Shown here piece by piece: positions 27,142 to 36,890 of a DNA stretch of 64,000 nucleotides. The notes under the pieces were generated by a model, which worked only from the letters and a program-made list of their open reading frames with translations, did no database searches and was not told the DNA's origin. Origin of the DNA: Ardenticatenia bacterium (GTDB lineage Bacteria > Chloroflexota > Anaerolineae > 4572-78 > NAK82); NCBI GenBank assembly GCA_003130875.1, contig QEXY01000043.1:19141-83140 (forward strand), written 5' to 3'. The stretch's first letter is position 1; each line of letters starts with the position of its first letter. Position numbers and translations under genes: made by a program.

Positions 27142-27556
27142 TAGCTTGACCATAACTTTTTGGGTGTATTGAGGCGCAGAATGGACCAACCACTGCAATA
27201 CGACCTGCTGCGTTGCTCTTTCAGAAGAACCCCTCGCAATTTTAATGGCTATTTTAAGGTCTAAACAACCTGCTCACAACAAGGCAAGTGCTTATCCTTA
27301 CTCCCCAGTAACACGCAAAATGTTTCCGTGTTAGCCGTGATTTTTGCGGCTGCCCTCAAAGCTTTGGAGATTGTCCCTGTGGCGTTTGTCCTCAGAAATC
27401 CTGAACTCGCCTGGACATATTTTCCTTGCCAGCACGGATGGAATCCTGTCTAACTTGGGGTATCATGAGTTATAAGACGATCTGCCTTGCCTTGGCGGGG
27501 AGGATTTCAGTTTGTCGTAAGCAGCATTGCACAGGATCTTAAAGGAGGCAAGCGAG

Positions 27557-27955
27557 ATGAACAAGAGGCTGGTCGGTGTCGCGCTGGGTCTGGCCGTCTT
27601 CATCACCCTGCTGACGGTTGGCTGGGCGTTTGCGCAGGGGCCTTATTGGGGATATCCCTATGGGTATCCGTACTACGGGTATCCATACTACGGTTATCCC
27701 CAATATGTCTCCAACGTGCCCTATCGTTATCCCAATCTCACGGGCTCTTACGCCTATACCAACCCCTCTCTAGCGGGCGGTTACTATGGTGGCGTCCGTG
27801 GGGGGTTCTACAGCGGCCCCTACTATTGCTATCATGAACCCTACCGTGGGGTAGGGGTTGATGTGTACCGCTATGCCGGAGGCAACTACTTTTATAGGGG
27901 TTATCGTTATTCTGGATGCCCCGAAGTGGGAGGCTACTACTATCAAGTGCCCTGA
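27557..27955 (+). CDS. secreted Tyr/Gly/Pro-rich low-complexity protein
   Basis: AAAGGAGG RBS 7 nt upstream. Signal peptide 'MNKRLVGVALGLAVFITLLTVGWAFA'. The mature 106 aa contains 31 Tyr, with (GYPYY)3 encoded by 15-nt tandem repeats near 27649-27705. Confidence 0.7.
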   Translation: MNKRLVGVALGLAVFITLLTVGWAFAQGPYWGYPYGYPYYGYPYYGYPQYVSNVPYRYPNLTGSYAYTNPSLAGGYYGGVRGGFYSGPYYCYHEPYRGVGVDVYRYAGGNYFYRGYRYSGCPEVGGYYYQVP

Positions 27956-28023
27956 TTTGCGGGTGTGGGAGTGGGTAATCTAGCATCATCCCGCGTGGGG
28001 CGGTAAGAACCAGAACGCAACGC

Positions 28024-29562
28024 TCACAGCTCCAGGGCGGCCAGCATTTCGCCCAGTTCGGCCTGATGCTGTGCTGCCCGGATAAATACGGGCAGCAGGC
28101 GCTCATATATAGCGACGTGATGTGGGATGGGGCGCGTGATGTGCTCGATTTTGTGAATCGCATCGATCTGGTGGAAATCACGCCATAGACCTGCACCGAC
28201 AGCTGCCACGGCTGCGGCTCCCAGGGCGGCGGCTTCTTGGTCGATCTGGGTCTTTACCAGTGTCATGTTATACACATCAGCGCAAATCTGACGCCACAGG
28301 GCGCTTCGGCTTCCACCCCCGAAGATCAGCATTTCGTCCTCGATGCGGGTGAGGCGACGCAGCACATCGAGCGCGCGGCGCAGCCCCATCGCAATGCCCT
28401 CCATAGCGGCCCGGATGAGGTCGGCCTGCGTATGGCGAAGATCCAACCCGACGTAAGCGCCGCGGATGTTCTGGCCTCCTTCCAAAGCCGTGCCACCCCC
28501 CAGACTAGGGTTGAACAACAAGCGATTAGCCCCAACCGGGGACTCCGCTGCCAGAGCGGTCATCAGCTCATAGGTGCTCACCTGTTGCCGGGCCGCTTGT
28601 GTAACCAGGTTCTGACATAGCTGATCACGTACCCACCGAAAGCTGGTGCCTGCCGAGAAGATGGAAACCGCTGAGGTAAACATACCGGGGATCACATGGG
28701 CAAACACATAGGGGCGTGCATGGTTGTCGAGAAGGGGTTCTGTCGAGGAGACAGCAATCCAGCTGGAGGATCCCAGAGAGTTGTACACACGACCCGGCTG
28801 TATGTTTCGGGCACCCAATGCCATACATGAATTGTCCACACCACCCGCAACGACCTTGAGGTCGCAGGGCAATCCCAACGCCTCGGCTGCTTCGGCACTC
28901 AGCTCTCCGATCACTTCGGTCGAGGGGACGATGTCTGGGAAGATCTCACGCGGCAAACCGCTCGCCGCGATGAGCTTCTCGGAGTAGTCCCCCTGCAATA
29001 AGTCATAAATGCCACTTCCAGAGGCATACGAGTGATCGGTAACAACCCGGCCGGTTAGCTTGAGATTGATAAAGTCTTTGGTACCGATGACCTTGTTGAT
29101 CCGCTTGAACATCTCCGGTTCGTGGTCCCGGTACCACATGATCTTAAAAACTGCATAGAGAGGTGGAGGGAAGCCATTCCCGGTCATCCGGTACCATTCA
29201 CCTTCTTCAATAACCTGGAAGAAGTGTTCCGCCTGAGCACTCGCACGCGCATCAGACCAAATCGGCACTCGGTCACGCAACAATTGACCCTTCTGGTCGA
29301 TAGGCACCACCCCCAGGCTGTGGCCGGAGATACCGCAACAGGCGATCTCGTCGCGCGGAACATTGCTTGTCGCCAGCAGCTGACGTGTGCCTGTGACGAC
29401 GGCGTGCCACCAGTCCATAGGCCGCTGCTCATGCCAGCCCAGGGCGGGGTATTCTGTCGAGTAGGGAACCAGGCAGCTGGCCAGGCAATTCCCCTCGATG
29501 TCGAAGAGAGCGGTCTTACAACCGCTGGTGCCCAGGTCCCAGGCCAAGATATGCCACTTCAT
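28024..29562 (-). CDS. FGGY-family carbohydrate kinase (xylulokinase-like)
   Basis: 512 aa. 'LAWDLGTSGCKTALFD' N-terminal ATPase motif and 'GGGSRSALWRQI' C-terminal motif. Confidence 0.85.
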   Translation of the reverse strand: MKWHILAWDLGTSGCKTALFDIEGNCLASCLVPYSTEYPALGWHEQRPMDWWHAVVTGTRQLLATSNVPRDEIACCGISGHSLGVVPIDQKGQLLRDRVPIWSDARASAQAEHFFQVIEEGEWYRMTGNGFPPPLYAVFKIMWYRDHEPEMFKRINKVIGTKDFINLKLTGRVVTDHSYASGSGIYDLLQGDYSEKLIAASGLPREIFPDIVPSTEVIGELSAEAAEALGLPCDLKVVAGGVDNSCMALGARNIQPGRVYNSLGSSSWIAVSSTEPLLDNHARPYVFAHVIPGMFTSAVSIFSAGTSFRWVRDQLCQNLVTQAARQQVSTYELMTALAAESPVGANRLLFNPSLGGGTALEGGQNIRGAYVGLDLRHTQADLIRAAMEGIAMGLRRALDVLRRLTRIEDEMLIFGGGSRSALWRQICADVYNMTLVKTQIDQEAAALGAAAVAAVGAGLWRDFHQIDAIHKIEHITRPIPHHVAIYERLLPVFIRAAQHQAELGEMLAALEL

Positions 29563-29585
29563 TTGTTGTTCACCTGTCCTGCTGA

Positions 29586-30269
29586 CTATCCAATTCGCGG
29601 TGCTGCGTGCTCGAATATGCGCGTTGCCGAGCGGAGTCCGATGCCAAAGCGACGTGCTCCGCGACGATACATCTCTATCAGCGTCTCAAGCCCGCGGATG
29701 CCGCCAGAAGCTTTGATGCCGATCGCGTCGCCCACGCACGCCTTAATTAGTGCGACATTTTCCAGGGTAGCGCCTGTGGGTGCCCAACCGGTGCCTGTCT
29801 TGATGAAAGCGGCACCAGCCTGAATGCACAGTTCACATGCCCGGCGAATCTCATCCTCGTTGAGATAGTGGCATTCCAGGATCACCTTAACAGGCATTCC
29901 ATCGGCGACCTCGACCACACCCCGAATGTCATCCAGGACGCGCCGGTATTGCCCTGAGCGCAGCCATCCTAGATTGATCACCATATCCAGCTCATCACAT
30001 CCCATCTGAAGTAACTCTTTCGCCTCGGCGATCTTCATTGCGCTGGTGGCTGCCCCAGAGGGGAAGGCTACATTGCCGCTGACGCGGATATCGGGTGTGT
30101 CGGCCAGCAGCTCCTTGAGCAAAGGGGTAAAGGCGGGCAAGGTGGTGGCACAAAAACAACGGTAATGCCGGGCTGCCTGTGCCAAAGATCTGACCATCGT
30201 CTCGTCTGTATCGGCATAGACGGCACTCAAATCGGTCATCCTAGCAGCTTCATCAATGGTTAATCTCAT
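29586..30269 (-). CDS. DeoC/LacD-family class I aldolase (deoxyribose-phosphate aldolase-like)
   Basis: 'KVILE', 'GAAFIKTGTGW' and 'IGIKASGGIR' motifs. ATG 30269 is preceded by CAGGAGG; the longer ORF-track start was rejected. Confidence 0.8.
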   Translation of the reverse strand: MRLTIDEAARMTDLSAVYADTDETMVRSLAQAARHYRCFCATTLPAFTPLLKELLADTPDIRVSGNVAFPSGAATSAMKIAEAKELLQMGCDELDMVINLGWLRSGQYRRVLDDIRGVVEVADGMPVKVILECHYLNEDEIRRACELCIQAGAAFIKTGTGWAPTGATLENVALIKACVGDAIGIKASGGIRGLETLIEMYRRGARRFGIGLRSATRIFEHAAPRIG

Positions 30270-30355
30270 ACTGATGACCTCCTGTACGGACGGCACCACC
30301 CGCGTGGATACAGCTCTAGAGATTACATTCGATCCGTTACTTGAGCAAAAACCTC

Positions 30356-30384
30356 TTGACAAGTACACGGAATCATGTTATAAT
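30356..30384 (+). promoter_or_regulatory. consensus sigma70 promoter TTGACA-17-TATAAT
   Basis: Both hexamers are perfect. Lies upstream of the eda-iclR-kinase-SDR-ABC unit. Confidence 0.6.
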
Positions 30385-30394
30385 TTTTTTGTCT

Positions 30395-30428
30395 CATGAA
30401 ATAGTTTTTCATACAATGAAAAATGATG
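30395..30428 (+). promoter_or_regulatory. candidate operator: ATGAAA/TTTCAT half-sites including perfect TTTTCAT-aca-ATGAAAA
   Basis: Inverted repeat at 30406-30422 plus a third half-site at 30396-30401, immediately downstream of the -10. Confidence 0.4.
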
Positions 30429-30556
30429 GTTTCTGAGGTAAGGGGCGAGATGTGACAACCCTCTTCGTCAAATATAGTGCGACCCTTACCAAAACCCCCC
30501 AGTGTTGAAACCATCATCCTTACCTATATCGCAGACAATCGGGGACATCGGATAGC

Positions 30557-31228
30557 ATGACAAAGGAAGAGCGGTTGGCACTACTGCTTGAAACAGGTGT
30601 GATTGCAATTATGCGAGCGAAGAGCTCGGAACAGCTGCTGGCCGCAGCGGACGCAATCCAGGCAGGTGGAGTGAACGCCATTGAGGTGACGATGACCACA
30701 CCCGGTGCGCTGGAGGTGATTGGTCAGGCAGTTGCTCGATACGGTGGTGATGTGCTGTTCGGGGCCGGCACCGTGTTGGATCCTGAAAGCGCCCGTGCGG
30801 CAATTCTAGCCGGCGCGCAGTTTATTGTGGCGCCATCGCTCAACCTAAAAACCATCGAGTTATGTCACCGATACGCAGTTCCGGTAATACCAGGAGCCTA
30901 TACCCCAACCGAGATCCTCACTGCGTGGGAGGCCGGTGCCGACTTGGTGAAAGTCTTTCCAGCGAGTGTGGGTGGTCCGGAATATATCAAAGCGCTCAAA
31001 GCACCCTTTCCCCAGATCAGGTTGATGCCAGTGGGAGGCGTCGACCTTGACACAGTGGCTGCCTTCATTCGCGCTGGTGCAGATATGGTGGCCGTCGGAA
31101 ACGCCTTGATCGACCAAAAGGTCTTGGACGCGCGAGACTTTGACACGATTACTGAACGCGCTCGCCGTTTTCGGGAAGAAGTGTTGAGAGGCAGGGGAAC
31201 GCATAAACAAGAGAAGTGCGCGGATTAA
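30557..31228 (+). CDS. eda: KDPG / 4-hydroxy-2-oxoglutarate aldolase
   Basis: 223 aa. 'IEVTMTTPGALEVI', 'GAGTVLD', 'PGAYTPTEI' and 'VKVFPA' motifs. Confidence 0.85.
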   Translation: MTKEERLALLLETGVIAIMRAKSSEQLLAAADAIQAGGVNAIEVTMTTPGALEVIGQAVARYGGDVLFGAGTVLDPESARAAILAGAQFIVAPSLNLKTIELCHRYAVPVIPGAYTPTEILTAWEAGADLVKVFPASVGGPEYIKALKAPFPQIRLMPVGGVDLDTVAAFIRAGADMVAVGNALIDQKVLDARDFDTITERARRFREEVLRGRGTHKQEKCAD

Positions 31229-31260
31229 ACTTGGTGTATACCTGGAGGATGTGCGCCTGA

Positions 31261-32133
31261 ATGCCGAAGAGCAAATCTTCTGAGAGCCAGGATCAGGCGA
31301 CAAGTCGTTATAGTATTCGTGCCGTCGAGCGAACTTTACGCCTGCTATCGATGCTGAGCGACGGCAAGCGCCGTACCCTGACCGAGCTGAGTGAAGCGAT
31401 CGGTTTGAGCAGCAGCACAACCTTTCGCATCCTGGTCACCTTGGAACGCAACCGCTATGTAGAGCGCGATGGGCAGTCGGGTTATTACCAGTTGGGTCTG
31501 GCATGCCTAGAGCTGGCACAGGCATATCACATAGGTTCAGATATTCGTCAAGCCGCTCTACCTGAGCTGGAAAAGTTGCGGGATGAGACAAAGGAAACGG
31601 TCCACTTGGCCGTACTAGATAAGATGGAAGTGGTGTACATTGAGAAGCTCAGTGGATTGTGCGCCGTTCAGGTCATGTCCTCGCGCGTGGGAGGACGGCT
31701 GCCAGCCTATTGTACTGGTCTGGGCAAAGTGTTATTGGCTTACTCGGACCCGCAGCGGGTGCGTGCGCACTTCGAACAGACCGGGCTTGTCCCATACACT
31801 GCGGCCACGATCCAAAAAGTGGACGACTTGATGGCCCATCTCGAAGAAGTGCGTCGCCAGGGCTACGCCTTAGACCGGGGTGAGCACGAGGCAGAGGTGC
31901 GTTGTGTGGCAGCGCCCGTTTTTGATGGAACAGGCGAAGTAGTGGCAGCGATCAGTGTCGCGGGCCCGGCTGGACGTATGGAGCCCTTGGCAAGTCGAAC
32001 CGATATCATCGAGAGAACCTTAAGCGCAGCCCGCACTATCTCCAGTCGACTGGGGCATCGCGAGGTCAGGCAAGAAGTGCATCCCTACTCATCGCAGGAT
32101 GGTCACAAAGGAAGGTCCTCTGGGCTCGGGTGA
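31261..32133 (+). CDS. IclR-family transcriptional regulator
   Basis: N-terminal wHTH ('AVERTLRLLSML...LTELSEAIGLSSSTTFRIL') plus an IclR effector domain. Confidence 0.85.
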   Translation: MPKSKSSESQDQATSRYSIRAVERTLRLLSMLSDGKRRTLTELSEAIGLSSSTTFRILVTLERNRYVERDGQSGYYQLGLACLELAQAYHIGSDIRQAALPELEKLRDETKETVHLAVLDKMEVVYIEKLSGLCAVQVMSSRVGGRLPAYCTGLGKVLLAYSDPQRVRAHFEQTGLVPYTAATIQKVDDLMAHLEEVRRQGYALDRGEHEAEVRCVAAPVFDGTGEVVAAISVAGPAGRMEPLASRTDIIERTLSAARTISSRLGHREVRQEVHPYSSQDGHKGRSSGLG

Positions 32134-32137
32134 GACG

Positions 32138-33295
32138 ATGAACATCCCAGCGATGAAGTACGACATCACTCAAGATGATCTGGGACATCTGAGAAAAGGG
32201 GGACCGGTGTTCGTCACCTTTGGTGAGACGATGGTACGCGATACGCCGGCAGATATGCAACGCCTGGAATGCACCCGATTGGTGCACATCTCTATGGCCG
32301 GCAGCGAGTATACCCTGGCCATCCTCCTAGCACGTTTCGGGGTACCCTCGGCATACGTCACCCGAGTGCCCGATAACCCGTACGGATGGCAGGTGCGTGA
32401 TACCGCCCGCGCGCATGGGGTTAACACGGACTATATCGTATGGGCACCTAAAAGTGAACCCATCGGTCGCTTCCTATACGAGATCGGCCGTACCCCGCGC
32501 CGCGATGTCGCCTGGTATCAGCGCATGTATTCCGCAGCCAGCCGGCTGGGTGCGGGGATGGTGGATTGGAAGAATCTCCTGCGCGATTGTCGGCTCCTCC
32601 ACACATCTGGCATCACTTTCGGTCTGGCAACGCACAGCCGCTATGAGCGCAACTATCTCCTGGAAGCTTTTCACGAGGCGCTGGCTGCCAAGCCTGATAC
32701 CTGTATGGTGGGGCTCGACTTCAACTATCGGGCCACATTGTGGAACAAGGAGCAATGTGCTGCGGTGATGACCCCCCTTGTGACCGAGCACGTGGACATC
32801 CTCATCACCACCATCGAGGATATGGCACAGGTGTATGGAATGGGTTGCGGTTGTTACAGCGCCAAGCAAATTGACAACGGTGAGATCGGCGAGCTGCGAG
32901 ATGAAGACATTCGGGCCTTTGCTATGGAGATCAATCAGCGCTTCAAAACAAAGGTGGTGGCCATCACGATCCGGTATCCTGACTCCTTTGAACAGCATCG
33001 CTGGGAGTCGGCGGTTATGGACAGTGCGGGCAACTTCTATCGCTCGTCCGCAGTTCGGCCGATCGTGTTATTAGACCGTCTGGGAGGCGGCGATACTTGG
33101 AATGCCGGTTTTTATTATGGCTTGCTCACGGAGGGATTCACTCCTGCAGGCATGGAAAAAGGGTTATTGGTGGGCGATGCGGCCACACGCATTAAACAAA
33201 CCTTGATGTTCGATCTTCCTATCGTGACCAAATCCGAGGTGCAAGCTCTGATGGAGGCGGATGTGCTGGGTGGCGGGAAGCGCACGGTTCGTTAG
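32138..33295 (+). CDS. PfkB-family sugar kinase (2-keto-3-deoxygluconate kinase-like, with insertion)
   Basis: 'DRLGGGDTWNAGF' PfkB signature. ATG 32138 lies 4 nt after the iclR stop. ~385 aa, longer than typical KdgK. Confidence 0.75.
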   Translation: MNIPAMKYDITQDDLGHLRKGGPVFVTFGETMVRDTPADMQRLECTRLVHISMAGSEYTLAILLARFGVPSAYVTRVPDNPYGWQVRDTARAHGVNTDYIVWAPKSEPIGRFLYEIGRTPRRDVAWYQRMYSAASRLGAGMVDWKNLLRDCRLLHTSGITFGLATHSRYERNYLLEAFHEALAAKPDTCMVGLDFNYRATLWNKEQCAAVMTPLVTEHVDILITTIEDMAQVYGMGCGCYSAKQIDNGEIGELRDEDIRAFAMEINQRFKTKVVAITIRYPDSFEQHRWESAVMDSAGNFYRSSAVRPIVLLDRLGGGDTWNAGFYYGLLTEGFTPAGMEKGLLVGDAATRIKQTLMFDLPIVTKSEVQALMEADVLGGGKRTVR

Positions 33296-33347
33296 TGTCG
33301 CATGAGCGGCTGTCAAAGCGCGTGAAGAAGCGGAAGGGGGAGCTCCA

Positions 33348-34109
33348 ATGAAGCTGAAAGGCAAAGTCGCGATTATCACCGGTGGCGCCATCGGCATCGG
33401 CGCCGCCACAGCAAGATTGTTTGCCCAGGAGGGCGCTGAGATCGCCCTGACAGATGTGGACGCTGTCCGCGGTGAAGAAACCTGCCGCGCAATTCGCGAG
33501 GCTGGGGGCGTTTGTCGCTTTTATGAAATGGACGTTTCGAATGCCCAACACGTAGCGCGTGTCATCTCGCAGATCATCCAGGACTTCAAGCGCGTGGATA
33601 TCCTGGTGAACAATGCGGCAATCTGGCGGCCAGGTCGTGTCACTGACCTGGATGAGGAGACCTGGGACCGGGTGCTGGACACGAATTTAAAGGGCATCTT
33701 CCTCGTCTCCAAGTATGTCCTGCCGGTTATGATGGAAGCCAAACGCGGCGTAGTGATCAACGTCGCGTCGGTTGCTGGTTTGGTTGGCGCTCCGGACGCC
33801 TCGGCCTACGCTGCGTCCAAGGGCGGGGTGGTTAACTTATCGCGCAGTATGGCTCTGGACTTTGCCCCCTACAACATTCGGGTCAATTGTCTCTGTCCAG
33901 GGCTGACCGACACCGCTCAAGGGGACAGCGTCGTGAAACACTACAAACCCAATATGGATCCGACGGAGGCCAAGCGCACGTGGCAACCGTTACAACGGGT
34001 GGGGACCGCCGAAGACATGGCCAAAGCCGCGCTCTACATCGCCTCCGACGACGCCGAGTTCATGACAGGTTCCATATTTGTGATCGACGGTGGTCTGATC
34101 GCCCAGTAG
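33348..34109 (+). CDS. SDR-family oxidoreductase (KduD/FabG-like)
   Basis: 'TGGAIGIGAA' and 'YAASKGG' motifs. 253 aa. Confidence 0.85.
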   Translation: MKLKGKVAIITGGAIGIGAATARLFAQEGAEIALTDVDAVRGEETCRAIREAGGVCRFYEMDVSNAQHVARVISQIIQDFKRVDILVNNAAIWRPGRVTDLDEETWDRVLDTNLKGIFLVSKYVLPVMMEAKRGVVINVASVAGLVGAPDASAYAASKGGVVNLSRSMALDFAPYNIRVNCLCPGLTDTAQGDSVVKHYKPNMDPTEAKRTWQPLQRVGTAEDMAKAALYIASDDAEFMTGSIFVIDGGLIAQ

Positions 34110-34292
34110 AATCTCCGCCGCTCAGGATGGGAAGGTGTTACTTTTCCAAGGATGAAAGGAGGTGAGCGAAGGAGCACAAAGTTGCGTCACATTCCCAATG
34201 GTTGAGATAGTCGTTGTATGATCGACAGTGGATCAGATTGGGCGAGTTTTCTGGAGCGGAAAGGAAATTCTTAGGAAAAGGAGGAAAGGGCG

Positions 34293-35708
34293 ATGAACAA
34301 GAAAGGTACGTTCAATCGGAAGCTGTCTCGTCGCGAGGCACTGAAGTTGTTCGGTGCAGGTGGACTGGGTTTGTATCTGGCCAGCTACGTTCCCGGCGTG
34401 GCGGCAGCCTCGGCGCAACCTAGCTGGTCATTTCCGAAGAATATTATCGCACAGCCACGCAAGTACAAGTTCCCCGCCGAGGGCAAACCCTATGCCGGCA
34501 CCAAGATCAATGTGAGCATGGTGGCCGAGGCCAAGCCGGACGCGCTCAAGAAGGTACTGCCGCGATTCACCGAGAAGACCGGCATCGAGGTCAACCTCGA
34601 TATTTTGCCCTACCCCACCCTGCAGGAAAAGCAGTTCACCGTGATGACGCAACAGACAGGCGCTCTCGATGGCGTCCATGTGGACTGCGTGTGGATGGGG
34701 CAATATGCCGGACAGGGCTGGATCGCGCCGGTGGATGACCTGGTTGCCGAGACCGATCCAGAGTACCTGATGCTGGAGGACTTCCATCCCGCCATCCTCG
34801 CCGAGCAGTGCATGTGGGAGGACAAGCTCTACGGTCTGCCCTTCATTAATGCCATCCACACTTTGTACTACCGTACGGACATCTTCGACAAGCACGGGCT
34901 CAAGCCACCCGAAACGTGGGAGGAATTGCGCGAGGCAGCCAAGCTGATCACCGAGGCAGAGTCCAAGAACGGGGTCTATGGTGTGACTTTTATGGGCAAG
35001 CGTGGTGTGCAGCTTCTGTGCACGTATGTGAACTTCCTCGGCGCCTTCGGCTCGTACTTCTATGACAAAAACTATGTAGCCACCTTGGACAGCCCAGAGG
35101 CCATCGCCGCACTCGAATTCTTCGTGTCGTTGGTGCCCTATGCCAACCCGGGTGTGCTGTCTCAGGACTGGGATGAGTGCTTCGCCACTTTCGCTGCCGG
35201 TAACGCCGCTATGAACATTCAATGGCAGAACGCCGCACCCGGCTTTGCTGATCCCTCCAAGTCGAAGATCATCGGCAAGTGGGGCATCACTCTAACACCT
35301 GGCAACAAGCTGCCCGACGGCACCATTCGCCGTTCGCCCACTTTCGGCGGTTGGTGCATCGGTATTGCCACCGATTCCAAGAATCGCGAGGCGGTGTGGG
35401 AGCTCATGCTGTGGGCTACCAGTCTGGAAATGGAGCGCGAGCTCGCCTATGCGATGCCCAGCTCGCGCAAGTCCGTCCTGGGCGATCCTGAGTTCCAGAA
35501 GAAGTACATCGAGTATGAAACCATGCTCAAGTCGTACGACTATGCCTTGGGGCGCCCGCGCATCCCCGAGTGGCCGCAAATGGCCGACCTGATCGAGGCG
35601 GCGCTATCCGAGGCGATGACGGGTGCCAAGACCCCTGAACAGGCCCTGAAGGACGTGAACCCACTGCTCAATGAGATACTCATGAGCGCAGGGTATCAGA
35701 AGGCATAA
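34293..35708 (+). CDS. CUT1-type ABC sugar-binding protein (Tat-like signal)
   Basis: 471 aa. 'SRREALKLFGAGGLG' signal. Family-1 extracellular solute-binding pattern. Confidence 0.85.
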   Translation: MNKKGTFNRKLSRREALKLFGAGGLGLYLASYVPGVAAASAQPSWSFPKNIIAQPRKYKFPAEGKPYAGTKINVSMVAEAKPDALKKVLPRFTEKTGIEVNLDILPYPTLQEKQFTVMTQQTGALDGVHVDCVWMGQYAGQGWIAPVDDLVAETDPEYLMLEDFHPAILAEQCMWEDKLYGLPFINAIHTLYYRTDIFDKHGLKPPETWEELREAAKLITEAESKNGVYGVTFMGKRGVQLLCTYVNFLGAFGSYFYDKNYVATLDSPEAIAALEFFVSLVPYANPGVLSQDWDECFATFAAGNAAMNIQWQNAAPGFADPSKSKIIGKWGITLTPGNKLPDGTIRRSPTFGGWCIGIATDSKNREAVWELMLWATSLEMERELAYAMPSSRKSVLGDPEFQKKYIEYETMLKSYDYALGRPRIPEWPQMADLIEAALSEAMTGAKTPEQALKDVNPLLNEILMSAGYQKA

Positions 35709-35732
35709 GCGCCTCGCAACACTTACTAGGAG

Positions 35733-35763
35733 GTGGGGAGGGAGGTGCTGCCTTCCTCCCCAC
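35733..35763 (+). terminator. 13-bp GC-rich hairpin between SBP and permease genes (attenuator/RNA-stabiliser candidate)
   Basis: GTGGGGAGGGAGG-tgctg-CCTTCCTCCCCAC, with one G.U pair. Confidence 0.5.
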
Positions 35764-35927
35764 ACATTTATAGAGCGGGATCGCTATTTGATCGCATAGA
35801 TTTATACAGGAAAACAAGCAGATAATCTGGTAATTCGGACACTTTTTGGATTACAGACTTGCTCAGTTGTGTAACGTGTACTATTATGACAGTAAGAGAT
35901 AATGGTCTAATATCAGGCAAAGAAGCG

Positions 35928-36860
35928 ATGACCTCCACGACAACAGTAACCGCCCAGCGGCGACAGCGCCCGCTGTTCAGAACGCGATTCTGGGCACATT
36001 GGTCGGCACCCGCTATTATGCTCATCCCGGCCGTTGTGATCTTAGTGGCACTCTCGTTATTCCCAATGTTCTACTCTTTATGGCTCAGCTTCAATGAGTG
36101 GAATCTGGGAGACCGCACGGCGACATGGCGATTTGTCGGTCTTAAGAACTTCATCACGATCTTTACAACTGATCCATTCTTCTGGCCCTCCGTCCGCGTG
36201 AGCGTGACTTTCACCGGTGTCACGGTCGCCGTGCAAACGCTCCTGGGATTGGGCATTGCCTTGCTTTTCAGTGAGGAGTTCCGTGGCCGCGGGCTCCTCC
36301 GCACTTTGATCGTGCTGCCTCTTATGATCTCCCCGGTGGTGGCCGGCCTGATCTGGCGATTTATGTATAACACAGACCTGGGGATGGTTAACTATCTACT
36401 CTATCTTTTGGGCATCGACAAAGTGGACTGGTTGGGGCGGCAAGTTTCAGCTATGCCCGCTGTGATGCTGGCCGATATTTGGCAGTGGACCCCATTTGTT
36501 GCTCTGATTCTCATGGCCGCCATCCAGGCCCTGCCGGATGAACCTTTCGAAGCCGCCCTAATAGATGGTGCCAACAGGTGGCAAACGTTCCGTTACCTGA
36601 CATTGCCGATGATCCGTCCGGCGCTGATGGTTGCTATCCTTATCCGTACGATGGACTCCTTCAAAATTTTTGATCTGATCTACGTGCTCACCTTGGGTGG
36701 ACCGGGGGTGAGCACGCAAGTGCTGGGATTGTATACTTACAAGTGGGGCTTCAAGTTCTTCCAGATGGGTTATGCTTCCGCTCTATCCTATCTGATGATC
36801 TTTATGATGGTGGTGTTCGCGAATATCATAGTCTTCTTTATGCGACGGCGGGTGGATTGA
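35928..36860 (+). CDS. CUT1 ABC sugar permease (MalF-like)
   Basis: Polytopic membrane protein. EAA-loop 'EAALIDGANRWQTFRYLTLP'. Start uncertain (35886 or 35928). Confidence 0.8.
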   Translation: MTSTTTVTAQRRQRPLFRTRFWAHWSAPAIMLIPAVVILVALSLFPMFYSLWLSFNEWNLGDRTATWRFVGLKNFITIFTTDPFFWPSVRVSVTFTGVTVAVQTLLGLGIALLFSEEFRGRGLLRTLIVLPLMISPVVAGLIWRFMYNTDLGMVNYLLYLLGIDKVDWLGRQVSAMPAVMLADIWQWTPFVALILMAAIQALPDEPFEAALIDGANRWQTFRYLTLPMIRPALMVAILIRTMDSFKIFDLIYVLTLGGPGVSTQVLGLYTYKWGFKFFQMGYASALSYLMIFMMVVFANIIVFFMRRRVD

Positions 36861-36890
36861 GAGCGAAACGAGTACTGGAGAGGTTGAACT

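Noticed and set aside
27181-27264. 27-codon ORF (MDQPLQYDLLRCSFRRTPRNFNGYFKV) with a GAGG 6 nt upstream, in the unexplained non-coding stretch.
   Set aside because: It is too short to support on its own, has no convincing promoter (TTGACC with a 15-nt spacer to TATTGA), and has no recognisable features. It is left as non-coding.
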